Virus record (IMG/VR): IMGVR_UViG_3300035520_000941
Length of the DNA: 64,000 bases
Direction: 5' to 3' (one strand)
Source of the DNA: an uncultured virus (IMG/VR IMGVR_UViG_3300035520_000941)
Lineage: Duplodnaviria > Heunggongvirae > Uroviricota > Caudoviricetes
In this document: positions 29,805-40,112 of the stretch, one piece after another
Layout of the letters: the number at the start of each line of letters is the position of its first letter
Position numbering within the stretch: position 1 is the stretch's first letter
Notes under the pieces: generated by a model
The model's input: only the letters and a program-made list of their open reading frames with translations
Database searches by the model: none
What the model was told of the DNA's origin: nothing
Translations under genes and position numbers: made by a program

Positions 29805-30887
29805 TTAAATAACCTTTGCTTGGAATACTTCGTTATAAGCAGGGAATGATGGAATAAATACAGACTCTGCTTTAGTAACTGTTCTTACTGGGTCATCTTC
29901 ATCACGTACTGTTACATGAATATTTCCAAATGAAACATCTTCCATAGTTCCTTTGACACGGCGAATTTCAGTAGGTGTAGCACCATACATTCCATTTCCT
30001 AAATTGTCATCTGGGAACATTACAAATTTATCTTCTGGGAAGAAACGTTCTTTTGTTTGTTTTCCAGTTTCATCTTCTTTACGATATTTTGCATCATATG
30101 TAGCGATAACTGGTAAATCATTCATTTCCATAAAGTTGTTTAATTCATCTAATGTAATTGCTTTACCTTGATAGTTTTCACCATTTACAGAAATTTGAAT
30201 GTTTTTGTTCTTTTGTAATAATCTTAAGATTTTTAATGAAGTTAATGCTCTTGTTGGTCTAACTCCAGTATCATCGACAATTTTGTCACTCCATTCTTGG
30301 ATATCTCCTAATGGGTCTGAATTTTCTGTATCACTCCATTTATCAGTTTCAGTAGTGATAGTTTCTTTATGTTCATCTGGTACACTATAATCAAAAGTGT
30401 ATTTTACGTTGTTTTCATCTACAACGATTTCACCATTAGCAAGAACGTCCATTTTCATTCTTTCTGCTCTAGTTTTAACGGCTAACATCATATTTCTAGC
30501 ATCATCAAAAATTTGTTTTAATGTTTCGTTATATTCAACCTTTGAACGTGGTTGATTTAAGATTAACATTAATTTTTCGTTAATTCTAACTTGTCTTTTA
30601 ATTAAAATCTTTTCAAATTCAAAACTTTCAAATCCATCTCTGCTTGCAACTTGTGTTTTTGTATCAAATGAATGAACACTTGCAGAAACTGGTAATAAAT
30701 TTTTATTTGCAACGAATACGGCTGTCAAAGAAGAAGTTTTTACATCTGGAAATAATGTATCACCTAAAAAATCTGGTAATTGAATATTTCTAGCATAATT
30801 TAACATTTCTTTGTCGCTTAATTCTTGGATTGCAGACTCAATGCTTGCGAACATTTGAATATCTAAATTATATTTATATTTTTCCAT
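29805..30887 (-). CDS. Major capsid protein (lambda gpE-like family)
   Basis: 360 aa, LFP, RAE.M...L.NG, WSD..SDPLGDI, PSFP; leader LDIQMFA. Confidence 0.9.
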   Translation of the reverse strand: MEKYKYNLDIQMFASIESAIQELSDKEMLNYARNIQLPDFLGDTLFPDVKTSSLTAVFVANKNLLPVSASVHSFDTKTQVASRDGFESFEFEKILIKRQVRINEKLMLILNQPRSKVEYNETLKQIFDDARNMMLAVKTRAERMKMDVLANGEIVVDENNVKYTFDYSVPDEHKETITTETDKWSDTENSDPLGDIQEWSDKIVDDTGVRPTRALTSLKILRLLQKNKNIQISVNGENYQGKAITLDELNNFMEMNDLPVIATYDAKYRKEDETGKQTKERFFPEDKFVMFPDDNLGNGMYGATPTEIRRVKGTMEDVSFGNIHVTVRDEDDPVRTVTKAESVFIPSFPAYNEVFQAKVI

Positions 30888-30929
30888 ATTTTACACACTT
30901 TACCTTTCTTAAAATTTTTTTAATTAATA

Positions 30930-31265
30930 TTATTCAGCGGTATTATCAGTATAGAAGTAAATACCTTTTTCATTTAATGCTTTCTTAACTTCATCAGTAA
31001 GTTCTTGTGGTAATCTACTTTCAATAACCGCACCTCTAACTAAAAGTGAACCTGCTGTATCACCATCAGTTACATCAACATCTCTTAAAACAATACCAAT
31101 AGCATCTGTACTATTTGTTGGATATAAAGTACCGCTTTTTAATACTTTTTTACCCTCATCATTGACATCACCTGCATATTGTTGTTTAAATGTATGTGAA
31201 TATTCAACATCAGTAAAATCTTTAAGCCAGTTTACATCGGCTTCACCAATAACGTATTTTTTCAT
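30930..31265 (-). CDS. Head decoration protein
   Basis: GKKVLKSGT...AIGIVLRDVDVTDGD...G.V.ESRLP. Confidence 0.75.
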   Translation of the reverse strand: MKKYVIGEADVNWLKDFTDVEYSHTFKQQYAGDVNDEGKKVLKSGTLYPTNSTDAIGIVLRDVDVTDGDTAGSLLVRGAVIESRLPQELTDEVKKALNEKGIYFYTDNTAE

Positions 31266-31298
31266 GCTTTCATTTTTCCTTTCTTAAATTTTTAATGA

Positions 31299-32021
31299 TT
31301 AGTAACTTTTCCCCCAACCTTTAGATGTGTTGTTTCTTGAAGTTTCTAATTCATTATTTTGTTGTTTGATAAAATAATCACTTGCAAAAGAAGAACCATT
31401 TCCGTCACCATTTTTAGGTGGGTTTTGTTTCAAACTTTCTTTAAGAACGCTTGCTTTTGTATCTTCAATTATTTCTTTGTAAGCATTATAAACAGTTATT
31501 TTATCTTCTTCGCTTAATTCAGCAATGAAAGGGGCAATCTTAGTAGAGAAAATATCTCGTCTAGGTAAGTTATCTTCGTCATATTGAGTCATAATAACTT
31601 CTTTTGCTTGAGAAATTTTAATAACTTTTAATTGTTCGTTTAATTGTTCTTCTCTCTGTCTAAGTTCTTCTTCCTTTTCTTGTCTTAAACGTTCTTGCTT
31701 TTGTTCTTCGGTCATGCTTTCAAAAGATTTTTGCCTTTCTTGTTCTTGCTTGATTTTTTCATCATGTTCTTTTAATGCTTGGGCAATCAATACAGACATA
31801 TTCTCTTGTGCTTTCTTTTCAGCCTCTTGTCTAGCCTTTTCTCTTTCTCTTTCAAGTCGGCTTTCTAATTGACTAGGACTTAAAGTAACTGTTTTATCTT
31901 GCTTTTCTCCTACTTTGTTTTCTGCTGTTGAATTTTCACCACCATTATCACCATCAGTAACATCTTCGGCGAATAACTGAATATCCAACATAAAAACGTG
32001 ATTTAATAATTTTTCTTTCAT
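31299..32021 (-). CDS. Capsid scaffolding protein
   Basis: Coiled coil, MTEEQK motif, leader LDIQLFA. Confidence 0.85.
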   Translation of the reverse strand: MKEKLLNHVFMLDIQLFAEDVTDGDNGGENSTAENKVGEKQDKTVTLSPSQLESRLEREREKARQEAEKKAQENMSVLIAQALKEHDEKIKQEQERQKSFESMTEEQKQERLRQEKEEELRQREEQLNEQLKVIKISQAKEVIMTQYDEDNLPRRDIFSTKIAPFIAELSEEDKITVYNAYKEIIEDTKASVLKESLKQNPPKNGDGNGSSFASDYFIKQQNNELETSRNNTSKGWGKSY

Positions 32022-32191
32022 AAATAATCTCCTTTTTTATAGTCTTTGTTGACTTTTATAGCCTTGCATAGTTTATACACATAAGCATGTTTTGGTGGTA
32101 AAATACAGACTTTGATAAAAATAAAAAAGTACCAAACAAAAGTTAAAGACAACGTTTATTCTTTAAAATTTATTTGATACTCTAGGTATTC

Positions 32192-32317
32192 TTATTTTAC
32201 ATCAACAATCTTTTTACAACGTCCACATTTAATTTGAATACCATATATAGTTGTTTTTTCTAAATACTTAAATAAAAGTTTTCCACAATGTGGGCATTGA
32301 TACTTTAAATATATCAT
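32192..32317 (-). CDS. Mu Com-like zinc-ribbon protein (41 aa, below ORF-track cutoff)
   Basis: CPHCGKLLFK...IQIKCGRCKK; start codon uncertain. Confidence 0.7.
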   Translation of the reverse strand: MIYLKYQCPHCGKLLFKYLEKTTIYGIQIKCGRCKKIVDVK

Positions 32318-32377
32318 ATCATTTTTTTTGCTATTTGCAATACTTTTTTGATAATTTTTTATCATAATGACACCTTT

Positions 32378-33190
32378 TTATAATATTTCTTCATCATAAG
32401 GAACATAATAACATCTACAAAAATCGTGAATAATGACATCTGGTGCATCATTAATATCATAAATTTCTCCATCAAGCATTTCACATTCTTTACAAGTCCT
32501 ATCATCTAATTCTGCAACTCTTATCACTTTTTCAATACCTAAATCCTTGTATAATTCCATTTGACTTAAATTAACAACATTAGTAAATATATTATCAATT
32601 AGATTGGCATATTTCTTTTTTTGCATTTTGTACACTAATAAAAGTGGTATGCTATTCATATTTAGAATTTTATCTTTGCTTTTTTCTTGTTGCATATTTT
32701 CGTTTAATCCATTGCTTATACGATATGCCAAATATTGCGATTGCATTTTTAAATCATCATTATATGATGTTCGCAAGCCCAATATAAACAACGTATTCCA
32801 TAATTCAATCATTTTCTTCTTTATTTTCTTTGCTTTGAATTTTTGTATTTTCTCATCATCTTCATATATTTCTTTTAATTCATTTAAAGCAAATTCATAA
32901 CTATTATTAGCAACATCAACAAGATAAGTTATAGTCAAATTGTTCAATTCATCAAAATATAATACATTAGATTGTTTTTCAAATAGTGATTGTTCAAACT
33001 TGATATCTTTATAATTGATTTTTTTATCTTTTTGTTTTTGAATTTCTTTGTTTAATTGTTCCTTTGCAATCTTTTTGAATTTGAATTTTGATTTTTCAAA
33101 TATGAGATTTTCTTTTTCCATTAATTCTTTTAATTTCTTGTCGCTGTACTCAAAACGCTTGCTATCCCATTTTCTATCCATTATCTTCAT
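32378..33190 (-). CDS. Minor head protein (SPP1 gp7/MuF-like)
   Basis: AELDDRTCKECEMLDG...HDFCRC. Confidence 0.85.
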   Translation of the reverse strand: MKIMDRKWDSKRFEYSDKKLKELMEKENLIFEKSKFKFKKIAKEQLNKEIQKQKDKKINYKDIKFEQSLFEKQSNVLYFDELNNLTITYLVDVANNSYEFALNELKEIYEDDEKIQKFKAKKIKKKMIELWNTLFILGLRTSYNDDLKMQSQYLAYRISNGLNENMQQEKSKDKILNMNSIPLLLVYKMQKKKYANLIDNIFTNVVNLSQMELYKDLGIEKVIRVAELDDRTCKECEMLDGEIYDINDAPDVIIHDFCRCYYVPYDEEIL

Positions 33191-34904
33191 CTACTTTTTT
33201 ATTTTTATTTTTGTTGTTGACTTTTAAATTGCTCGTATTTTTAACTTTTTTTGTGTCTTTTGTATCTTTCGCATTGTCTTTATCTTTTGAATTACTGTTT
33301 TTATCATCAGTATCATTGTTAGCATTTTCATCTTCATCTTCATTTTCATCATCATTATTTTTAACATCGTTTTGATTGTCAATTTTATTGTTAGGATTGT
33401 CGCTTACCATATCTTTATTTGTTGCCTCTGCTAAAATTTCAGCAACTTTTGCATCTAATTTCGCTTGTCTTATTTGGTCTGCCTCATAATCCTTAATCAT
33501 TTGTTTAGGGTCTGTAACAAAACTTAATTCTTCATAAATCTTTTCTAATGGTAATATTTCTCTTGCTTGATTTACAAAGTTTAATTCTTCGTTTGTATTT
33601 GTAGGCAAGTTTCTAAACATAGTCAAGTCGATATTTCGCCAATTGTAATTTTTTCTTTCTGTTGCATTTAACAATTGAGCAATAATTTTATTTCTTCTTC
33701 TCATTGCATCTTTGAATATTTCTTCATATTCACTCATTTTTGTTTCTAATCCATACAACTTAAATACCAATGATAAAGTATTTTGATAAACAGCACTATC
33801 ATTTTCTGGATTGAATAATCCTGCAACCCCATAAATATCATTTTTAAGATTATCTTTATGTGATTGATTTACTCCGTCATTAACTTGCTTAGTCAACCAT
33901 TTAGCCTCTCCACCATCTTCACTATTTCCAGTAAAAATAACTCCTTGTGTTTTATAACGATTGATAACGTCATTAATTTCATCTTCACTTTCACCATTCA
34001 TGAACATGACACCACTAATCATTAAGATAGCATCATCATTATAATTTAATATCTTTTTAGTGTTGTTTGTAACTAATTCATAACCTCTAATTTCACTTAC
34101 TTGTTGTTCAAATAAACCTAAACCATAAGGCATTTCAATAGCAACAATAGGTATTTCCCAATCGTCCATAAAAGGCTTAACATTTCCTTTATAAAGTGGG
34201 TGTTCTTTAACATATCCATCTTCACTTGAATAATAAACTCTTTTAAAATGTGTATAAAGTTCAATGATTGTATATTCTTCATAACTCCATACACCATTAT
34301 CAAGTCTTTGTTTAGTGCTTTTATATTGTCGCATGAACCCAATTGTTGAACTTTCTATATCATCACTTTTTATTAATGCACAATGACCTCTAAGCATTTT
34401 ATATCTAATATCACCATATTCATTAGTATAAATCAATTCATATGCTTTTGATGTGATAAATGCTTGTCGTGTCAATCTTATATTTTCTTTTTGGTCGTGA
34501 TTTAAATCTTGTATATCTGCTAAAATGTTTAAAAATTCATCATTTTCCTTTTGACTATCAGTATTTTTAACATCTTTTTTGAAAGTTACTTCTTTTTCCA
34601 CACCAAATAAAGTTTTCTTTTTAGCAACTGTTTCTTTTTCTTTGTTATAATATGTTGGTTTTTTACCAATAACATAACCTACAGCAACATCAGTAATATA
34701 TTTTTCATAAGCACATATAATATCCATTTTTGTTGGGTCTGTTACGTTTCGCATTTCTTTTAATTCTCTTGAACGTGTATAGCGTTCCAACAAATAATCT
34801 TGTCTAATAAATTCTTCTAGCATTTGTGACATAATTTGACTACATATGTTTCCATCTAGTTTTTTCGTATCTTCAATAGACATTCTAATCTCGTTTATAG
34901 CCAT
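33174..34904 (-). CDS. Portal protein (SPP1 gp6-like)
   Basis: YITDVAVGYVIG, AYELIY, AKWLTK, F.RNLP; follows TerL. Confidence 0.85.
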   Translation of the reverse strand: MAINEIRMSIEDTKKLDGNICSQIMSQMLEEFIRQDYLLERYTRSRELKEMRNVTDPTKMDIICAYEKYITDVAVGYVIGKKPTYYNKEKETVAKKKTLFGVEKEVTFKKDVKNTDSQKENDEFLNILADIQDLNHDQKENIRLTRQAFITSKAYELIYTNEYGDIRYKMLRGHCALIKSDDIESSTIGFMRQYKSTKQRLDNGVWSYEEYTIIELYTHFKRVYYSSEDGYVKEHPLYKGNVKPFMDDWEIPIVAIEMPYGLGLFEQQVSEIRGYELVTNNTKKILNYNDDAILMISGVMFMNGESEDEINDVINRYKTQGVIFTGNSEDGGEAKWLTKQVNDGVNQSHKDNLKNDIYGVAGLFNPENDSAVYQNTLSLVFKLYGLETKMSEYEEIFKDAMRRRNKIIAQLLNATERKNYNWRNIDLTMFRNLPTNTNEELNFVNQAREILPLEKIYEELSFVTDPKQMIKDYEADQIRQAKLDAKVAEILAEATNKDMVSDNPNNKIDNQNDVKNNDDENEDEDENANNDTDDKNSNSKDKDNAKDTKDTKKVKNTSNLKVNNKNKNKKVDEDNG

Positions 34905-34923
34905 TATAAATCCTCCCTCTTTT

Positions 34924-36765
34924 TTATCTTCTATATGGGTCTATATTTGTTTTAACACTTGAATTTTTGATTATATCATAAGAATAAGCATATCTTAAAG
35001 CATCACAATTTTTGACAACCATTCCATTTGCAATATAATTATGATATTTTTCAACATTCATATTGTATACATCTTGTTTATCTTTCTCTTTGTGAATATC
35101 TTTTACTTTTGATGTTGATTTATACATATTGTTATCAACAATAATAACAACATCATTATTATTTATATCAATCAATTCTTTAAATCCATTTTCTGTTAAA
35201 ACTGGGTGATTATATGTTCCTCTTAAAACACTCCCATTTTCTAATTCCAATCTATAAATTTCAGCGTTTTTTTGTGTGAGTGTTACACCATTAAAACATG
35301 AAAACATAAGTTCTTTTCTTTCTAAATCATAACAATAACACATGCCAGTTTTACCCAACAAATTTTTTATAGGATAATCCCCGTAAAAAGTCTTGACAAT
35401 TGTATCACCAGTTAGGCACAAGTGATTGTATTTGTCAATTGGTATTTCTATAGGCTCACCATATTTATTTGTTTTCCATACATAATTTTCTAATTCAAAT
35501 TGCATTTCTTTGCAAGTCTTATCAACTACTATTCTAAAACCTCTTAGCCAGTCAATACCAACTTTAACAGAGTTTTTACCTTTTCTTGCTCTATATGGAT
35601 TAGCCCCACATTCTCTTAATTGCTTTATCATATCTTCGTTTCTATCACAAATGATAGGGTAACTACCAACTTTGCTCCTTATTTGTGTCCATAACTCGGC
35701 TATGCTTATTTCATTCATTTTAAATTCATCAAATATATAAATCGTTTTATTTTTCATATCTAATGAAGTTTTTATATAAGCATGCTCATCAATTGCACCA
35801 CCAAAGTCAAGCCCGTTTCTAAGTATTTTGAAGTCTTTAATCTTATCAGATAAATCTTCAACAAACCAATTCTTGCCTTTTTGATAAACTGTTTTACCTA
35901 AAGAACCCCAATTTCCATTAACATAAACTTCTCTTTGTACTGGGTCTTTTGTGTTTTCTAGTTTAATAATATCGTCTACTGATAAAAATTTATTATCACG
36001 ATAAGTCGTTTTTAAAATGCAAAATGTTTCAACTCCAGTTTCTCTAGTAATTTTTCCGTAATCGTCCATTACATCATATTGCACTTTTTCTTCATAATGT
36101 ACTTCCCTATCATTATCTTCAAAGTGGCTTATGAAAAATCTCTTGAATATCCAATGTGACTTATCAATAGGGTTGAACATCAATGTTGTTCTTTTTGGTA
36201 ATATTTCTTTTGTTTCTTGTTTACCATTTTTCTTATAGCAAATCCCCCTTTGACGTATTCTTAATTGCTCAAAGTCTTTTTCCTTTGTTTCTGTTGCCTC
36301 TTCCACAATTACATCGGTAAATGTTCCGTCTAAAGGTACTATTGACTTGACACTTTCAATATCATCAAGACCAATGAATAATATTTGTCGATTGTTCTCT
36401 TTGCACGTTATAGACATAGGGTTCTTCTTGCATATAAATTTATCTTGCAATCCAAAATCATTTATTTTTCTTAATAATTCTGTATATACAGAGTTTTCTA
36501 GTGTGTTTTTCTTTTGTCGTGCTATTAAAAAATTTCTGCCTTGTAGCCATACATCAAGTATCGTTCTTTGAAATATAAAATGTGACTTACCACTTGAACC
36601 ACCACCAAAGAATATTTGAACATTTGTATTGTCAAATAAAAATCTTCTATAAGGTTCGTTTATTTGTTCCCAAGTAATCCCACCTATTATAATCCCAAGA
36701 CTATTTTTTAAAGCAACTATATAATCTTGTTCATTTTGACTTAATCTTTTATTGCTTGTTGTCAT
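34924..36765 (-). CDS. terL: Terminase large subunit (PBSX-like) containing an intein
   Basis: Walker A GGGSSGKS, IVEEATE, MFNP, GLDFG, NHL/CDALRY. Confidence 0.95.
   Translation of the reverse strand: MTTSNKRLSQNEQDYIVALKNSLGIIIGGITWEQINEPYRRFLFDNTNVQIFFGGGSSGKSHFIFQRTILDVWLQGRNFLIARQKKNTLENSVYTELLRKINDFGLQDKFICKKNPMSITCKENNRQILFIGLDDIESVKSIVPLDGTFTDVIVEEATETKEKDFEQLRIRQRGICYKKNGKQETKEILPKRTTLMFNPIDKSHWIFKRFFISHFEDNDREVHYEEKVQYDVMDDYGKITRETGVETFCILKTTYRDNKFLSVDDIIKLENTKDPVQREVYVNGNWGSLGKTVYQKGKNWFVEDLSDKIKDFKILRNGLDFGGAIDEHAYIKTSLDMKNKTIYIFDEFKMNEISIAELWTQIRSKVGSYPIICDRNEDMIKQLRECGANPYRARKGKNSVKVGIDWLRGFRIVVDKTCKEMQFELENYVWKTNKYGEPIEIPIDKYNHLCLTGDTIVKTFYGDYPIKNLLGKTGMCYCYDLERKELMFSCFNGVTLTQKNAEIYRLELENGSVLRGTYNHPVLTENGFKELIDINNNDVVIIVDNNMYKSTSKVKDIHKEKDKQDVYNMNVEKYHNYIANGMVVKNCDALRYAYSYDIIKNSSVKTNIDPYRR
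35008..35418 (-). mobile_element. 137-aa mini-intein in TerL
   Basis: CLTGDT start, TYNHPV block B, DVYNMNVEKYHNYIANGMVVKN|C end; no endonuclease domain. Confidence 0.9.
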
Positions 36766-37067
36766 AATATAGGGTACGCATTAAATCCTTTTTTTCTATA
36801 TGAGATAACCGCACTAGCCACTTTCTCTTTTGTATAATATTGTTCGTTGATTAACATATACATTTTGTACTTTAATCCCTTATATTTTATTGGCTTAATA
36901 TTTTCAATACAATAAATCATATTGTTATTATTATTCTCAATAAGCAATTCTCTTACATTGCTTAGGTAATTCAGCATATCAAGTTCTGTATCAAAACTAT
37001 ATTGGTCTTTTCCATCATCTAAAATATATAATATTTTATTCCTTGATGGTTTCGCTTTCATAACCAT
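36762..37067 (-). CDS. Hypothetical protein
   Basis: Coupled to terL start. Confidence 0.6.
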   Translation of the reverse strand: MVMKAKPSRNKILYILDDGKDQYSFDTELDMLNYLSNVRELLIENNNNNMIYCIENIKPIKYKGLKYKMYMLINEQYYTKEKVASAVISYRKKGFNAYPIL

Positions 37068-37209
37068 TGTAAAACCCCCTTTTTTGCACTATAATTAACA
37101 ATTTAATGTTATCACAATATTTTATAAAATGAAAGTTTTTACATATTCACGCACTTAATTTTATACATAAATTGTTAAAACATAAAAAAGATTGCAAATT
37201 AATGCAACC

Positions 37210-37467
37210 TTATTTATAGAACATATCTTTTATATCATCAAATTCTGGTCTAGTAGGTTTTTCATATTTATCTTTTTCTTGAACAATATTTGTAAAATAG
37301 ATTGTGGCATTATAACATGATAAATCATACTTTGATGTTATAGTAGCGTAACTATCTTCAAAAGGTTTATGAACGATATAAAGCGTATTATTCTGCAACC
37401 CAAAAGAAATAATATCATTTATTTCTTTACCATTTATAAGAATTTTAATATGCTTTTCGTTTGTCAT
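37210..37467 (-). CDS. Hypothetical protein
   Basis: ATGA-coupled ORF. Confidence 0.6.
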   Translation of the reverse strand: MTNEKHIKILINGKEINDIISFGLQNNTLYIVHKPFEDSYATITSKYDLSCYNATIYFTNIVQEKDKYEKPTRPEFDDIKDMFYK

Positions 37468-37628
37468 TTATTTTTCCCTTTTTTACTTTTAGTTTTGTTC
37501 TTTTTCTTTGATTGCTTTTGAACGCTATATGCTATTGCCACAGATTGTTTTTGACTTTTTCCATTTTCCATTTCTTTTTTGACATTTTCTTTAAATGCCT
37601 TTTTACTACTTGATTTTTTTAACGGCAT
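37464..37628 (-). CDS. 54-aa Lys-rich protein (below ORF-track cutoff)
   Basis: GAGGTGA RBS; MPLKKSSSKKAFKENVKKEMENGKSQKQSVAIAY. Confidence 0.75.
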   Translation of the reverse strand: MPLKKSSSKKAFKENVKKEMENGKSQKQSVAIAYSVQKQSKKKNKTKSKKGKNK

Positions 37629-37639
37629 AAGAAGTCACC

Positions 37640-37828
37640 TCATTTATTTCTTTGTTGGATTGCTTGTGACTCTTTTATTGCTTGTTCTTTTGACTTGCCT
37701 TGTTGCATTTTTGCTTGAACATTATGCTTAAATGCTTTTCGGCTCGCCTTTTGTTTGACTTGCTTATTTGATGACTTTGCTTTAGATGTTCCCTTAGTGC
37801 CTTTCTTAGCACCACCGACTTTAGCCAT
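37640..37828 (-). CDS. 62-aa Lys-rich protein, similar to its downstream neighbour
   Basis: AAAGGAGG RBS; KAFKHNVQAKMQQGKSKEQAI. Confidence 0.7.
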   Translation of the reverse strand: MAKVGGAKKGTKGTSKAKSSNKQVKQKASRKAFKHNVQAKMQQGKSKEQAIKESQAIQQRNK

Positions 37829-37946
37829 TTAAAGCCCTCCTTTCGATTTTTAAACAAATAGTAATAATTTATCTAACTATTATCTTTTGTTTCTCTAATC
37901 TCGTTAAAATCCCAAATATCAATACTTGCTTGTGGACTTTGTTAAA

Positions 37947-38396
37947 TCAAAAATTTTTAAACCATTCAAAGTTTAAATTGTATTTAGTCATTAATAATGT
38001 TTTTGCTAGACTTTCAATTAAAGAATGTTGCTTAATCTCATACTCACAAGATAAGATATCCCTTATATCAAATTCATACATTGGAATTGTAATATGTAAC
38101 AATTCATGTATTAAGATTAATTCATGACATATCTTATAGCAAATTTCACTTTTATTTTCTTTTAAATAGTCTTTGATACTATCATGAGTAGCAATCTCAA
38201 TATAACTAACTTTGCTAACTCTGTCATAACAATTCTTGCCCTCGCATACATCATCATCAATAACGGGCAATTCATTAACTAAACTACATTTAATAATATA
38301 ATCTTTTAGAAATAACTTTTCTTGCCAATATTTAAGGCATTCTTCTAATTCTTCTTGATTTTTAAATTCCATTATAGGTGTTTCCATACTATTCAC
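37947..38396 (-). CDS. HExxH zinc-metallopeptidase-like protein
   Basis: LIHELLH motif with downstream E. Confidence 0.6.
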   Translation of the reverse strand: MNSMETPIMEFKNQEELEECLKYWQEKLFLKDYIIKCSLVNELPVIDDDVCEGKNCYDRVSKVSYIEIATHDSIKDYLKENKSEICYKICHELILIHELLHITIPMYEFDIRDILSCEYEIKQHSLIESLAKTLLMTKYNLNFEWFKNF

Positions 38397-38587
38397 TTCT
38401 CCTATTAATAATCATGCAAGAAAAATATAAAGAACCTTTTTTATCTAACAATAATTGATATTGAAATTCCAAATAGTCAATATCCAATTTTTCTTTATAT
38501 ATATAATCATTTATACTATTTTCCAATCCAGAACGTGAAAAATCAGTAATTAATTTAACTTTCATTATAAATATTTACACATCTCTT

Positions 38588-38848
38588 TCATTCTTTAAAT
38601 AAATTTGATAGTGGTATATTTAAACCATTACTTATTTTTGTTAATGTCAACAGTGAGGGATTATAATTTCCCCATGTAATTCTATATACTGTATTAGGAT
38701 TTATCCCTATTATCTTTGAAAATTCCAAGATAGATAAATTTCTTTTATCTAATTCATATATAATATTTTGTGCAATGACGTTTTCCCATTTTTTATCAAC
38801 ATAATCACTCGCACGGCTTTTCATTTTTTTATCACCACCAATTATCAC
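38588..38848 (-). CDS. XRE-family HTH regulator
   Basis: LSILEFSKIIGINPNTVYRITWGNYNPSLLTL.KI..GLNI. Confidence 0.85.
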   Translation of the reverse strand: MIIGGDKKMKSRASDYVDKKWENVIAQNIIYELDKRNLSILEFSKIIGINPNTVYRITWGNYNPSLLTLTKISNGLNIPLSNLFKE

Positions 38849-39393
38849 TCTAACATTTTCTTTAATTCTGTTTGCAATATTCTAAGAATATGCAATCCAC
38901 TTAATTCACTAGATACAAAATCAATCTTTACATCATATTTCTTTTGAAAACTCAATAAACTATTGTAAAAACTCTTTTCGTTGTATTTTGTATTATATCT
39001 ATGCTTTTGTATATCTTCCCAAGAACCATTTTCAATAATCAAGTGTATATCACAACCACTATTTTTAGCCCTAATAAATTCATTTTCAAAGCGTTCTCTT
39101 GATTGTGTGAAATTGCCACTAATTTCTTCTAGGTTTTGTTTGCATTCAATAACTATATTTTTTTCTAGTGTTATGTCAAATGGTAAGCCTAAATCATCGT
39201 TTTGCTTAATCATACATGAATAATCCCCAAATTCTAACTTTTTTCTTATATATGGTATCTTTCTCTTTTCAAGATACTTGATTATAGGTTTTCCCTTATC
39301 CTCTCTTGTATCTACAATAACAATCATATTTTTAATTAATTTTTCTAAAGTTGGCTTATTAAATTTAATATCAACTTTCATCTTACATACCAC
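38845..39393 (-). CDS. ERCC4-domain nuclease (resolvase-like)
   Basis: VDTRE, KLEFGDY, IECK, RERFENEF.RA, LIIE. Confidence 0.9.
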   Translation of the reverse strand: MVCKMKVDIKFNKPTLEKLIKNMIVIVDTREDKGKPIIKYLEKRKIPYIRKKLEFGDYSCMIKQNDDLGLPFDITLEKNIVIECKQNLEEISGNFTQSRERFENEFIRAKNSGCDIHLIIENGSWEDIQKHRYNTKYNEKSFYNSLLSFQKKYDVKIDFVSSELSGLHILRILQTELKKMLE

Positions 39394-39407
39394 ACCTTTT
39401 TTATGTG

Positions 39408-39824
39408 CTAGAATTGAATATCGTTGTCATTAATAGAAAACGAATTAAAATTATCTAATCCGTTATTTTGGGTAGGTTGTGTCGCTTGTTGCATTCCCCC
39501 GTTTGCACCAAAACCAAGCCCACTATTCAAATTACCATTATTTGTAAGTTGAATTTCTACAATTAAATTATAATAGTAGTTACCATTGTATTCAAATCTA
39601 TCAATACTTTGAATTTTTGTAATAGTGTATTCATCACCATCTTTAAAATTCAATATATCTTGTTGGAATGAAGTACAATTATAATATCCGTTGTTTACCC
39701 ACTTTCCAGAATTATCCTTTTTTGAGTCACCAACTACAAATTTAGTGTAATTGTTCCCTGCCTTTGATGTTAAATGTTCAACCTTAAATCCTTTATATTT
39801 GAACTTTGAATTTGTTGAAATCAT
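39408..39824 (-). CDS. Single-stranded DNA-binding protein-like
   Basis: OB-fold-like core, G/N/Q linker, acidic DNDIQF tail; own promoter 39864-39892. Confidence 0.65.
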   Translation of the reverse strand: MISTNSKFKYKGFKVEHLTSKAGNNYTKFVVGDSKKDNSGKWVNNGYYNCTSFQQDILNFKDGDEYTITKIQSIDRFEYNGNYYYNLIVEIQLTNNGNLNSGLGFGANGGMQQATQPTQNNGLDNFNSFSINDNDIQF

Positions 39825-39894
39825 ATTTTTAAATTCTCCTTTCCTTATGATTATACATAAAATATTATATAACAGTTTATTGTTAAAATCAAAC

Positions 39895-40012
39895 AAAAAA
39901 ATTAGGACGTACATATTATTATACGTCCTATAAAAAAACTGGAGGTAAATTTTTTTTCAACACTCAACCAACGGCAGAAGAAAAAAGTATTAATTAGTAA
40001 TTTTCATTACTA
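39895..40012 (-). ncRNA. Candidate ~118-nt sRNA with anti-Shine-Dalgarno ACCUCC
   Basis: TTTACT-17-TATAAT; TAGGACGTA/TACGTCCTA terminator; no ORF. Confidence 0.55.
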
Positions 40013-40112
40013 CATATATTATATACCTTAAGGAACAAAAAGTAAATATTATTTAAAAAGTAACTTGATATTTGTTATGAAAAGTTTTATAATATAGGTG
40101 AGGTGAGATAAG

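Noticed and set aside
39941..39960. sRNA segment complementary to the RBS/TTG of gene 58951
   Set aside because: About 14 bp but mostly SD plus homopolymer; too low in complexity to claim a target without statistics
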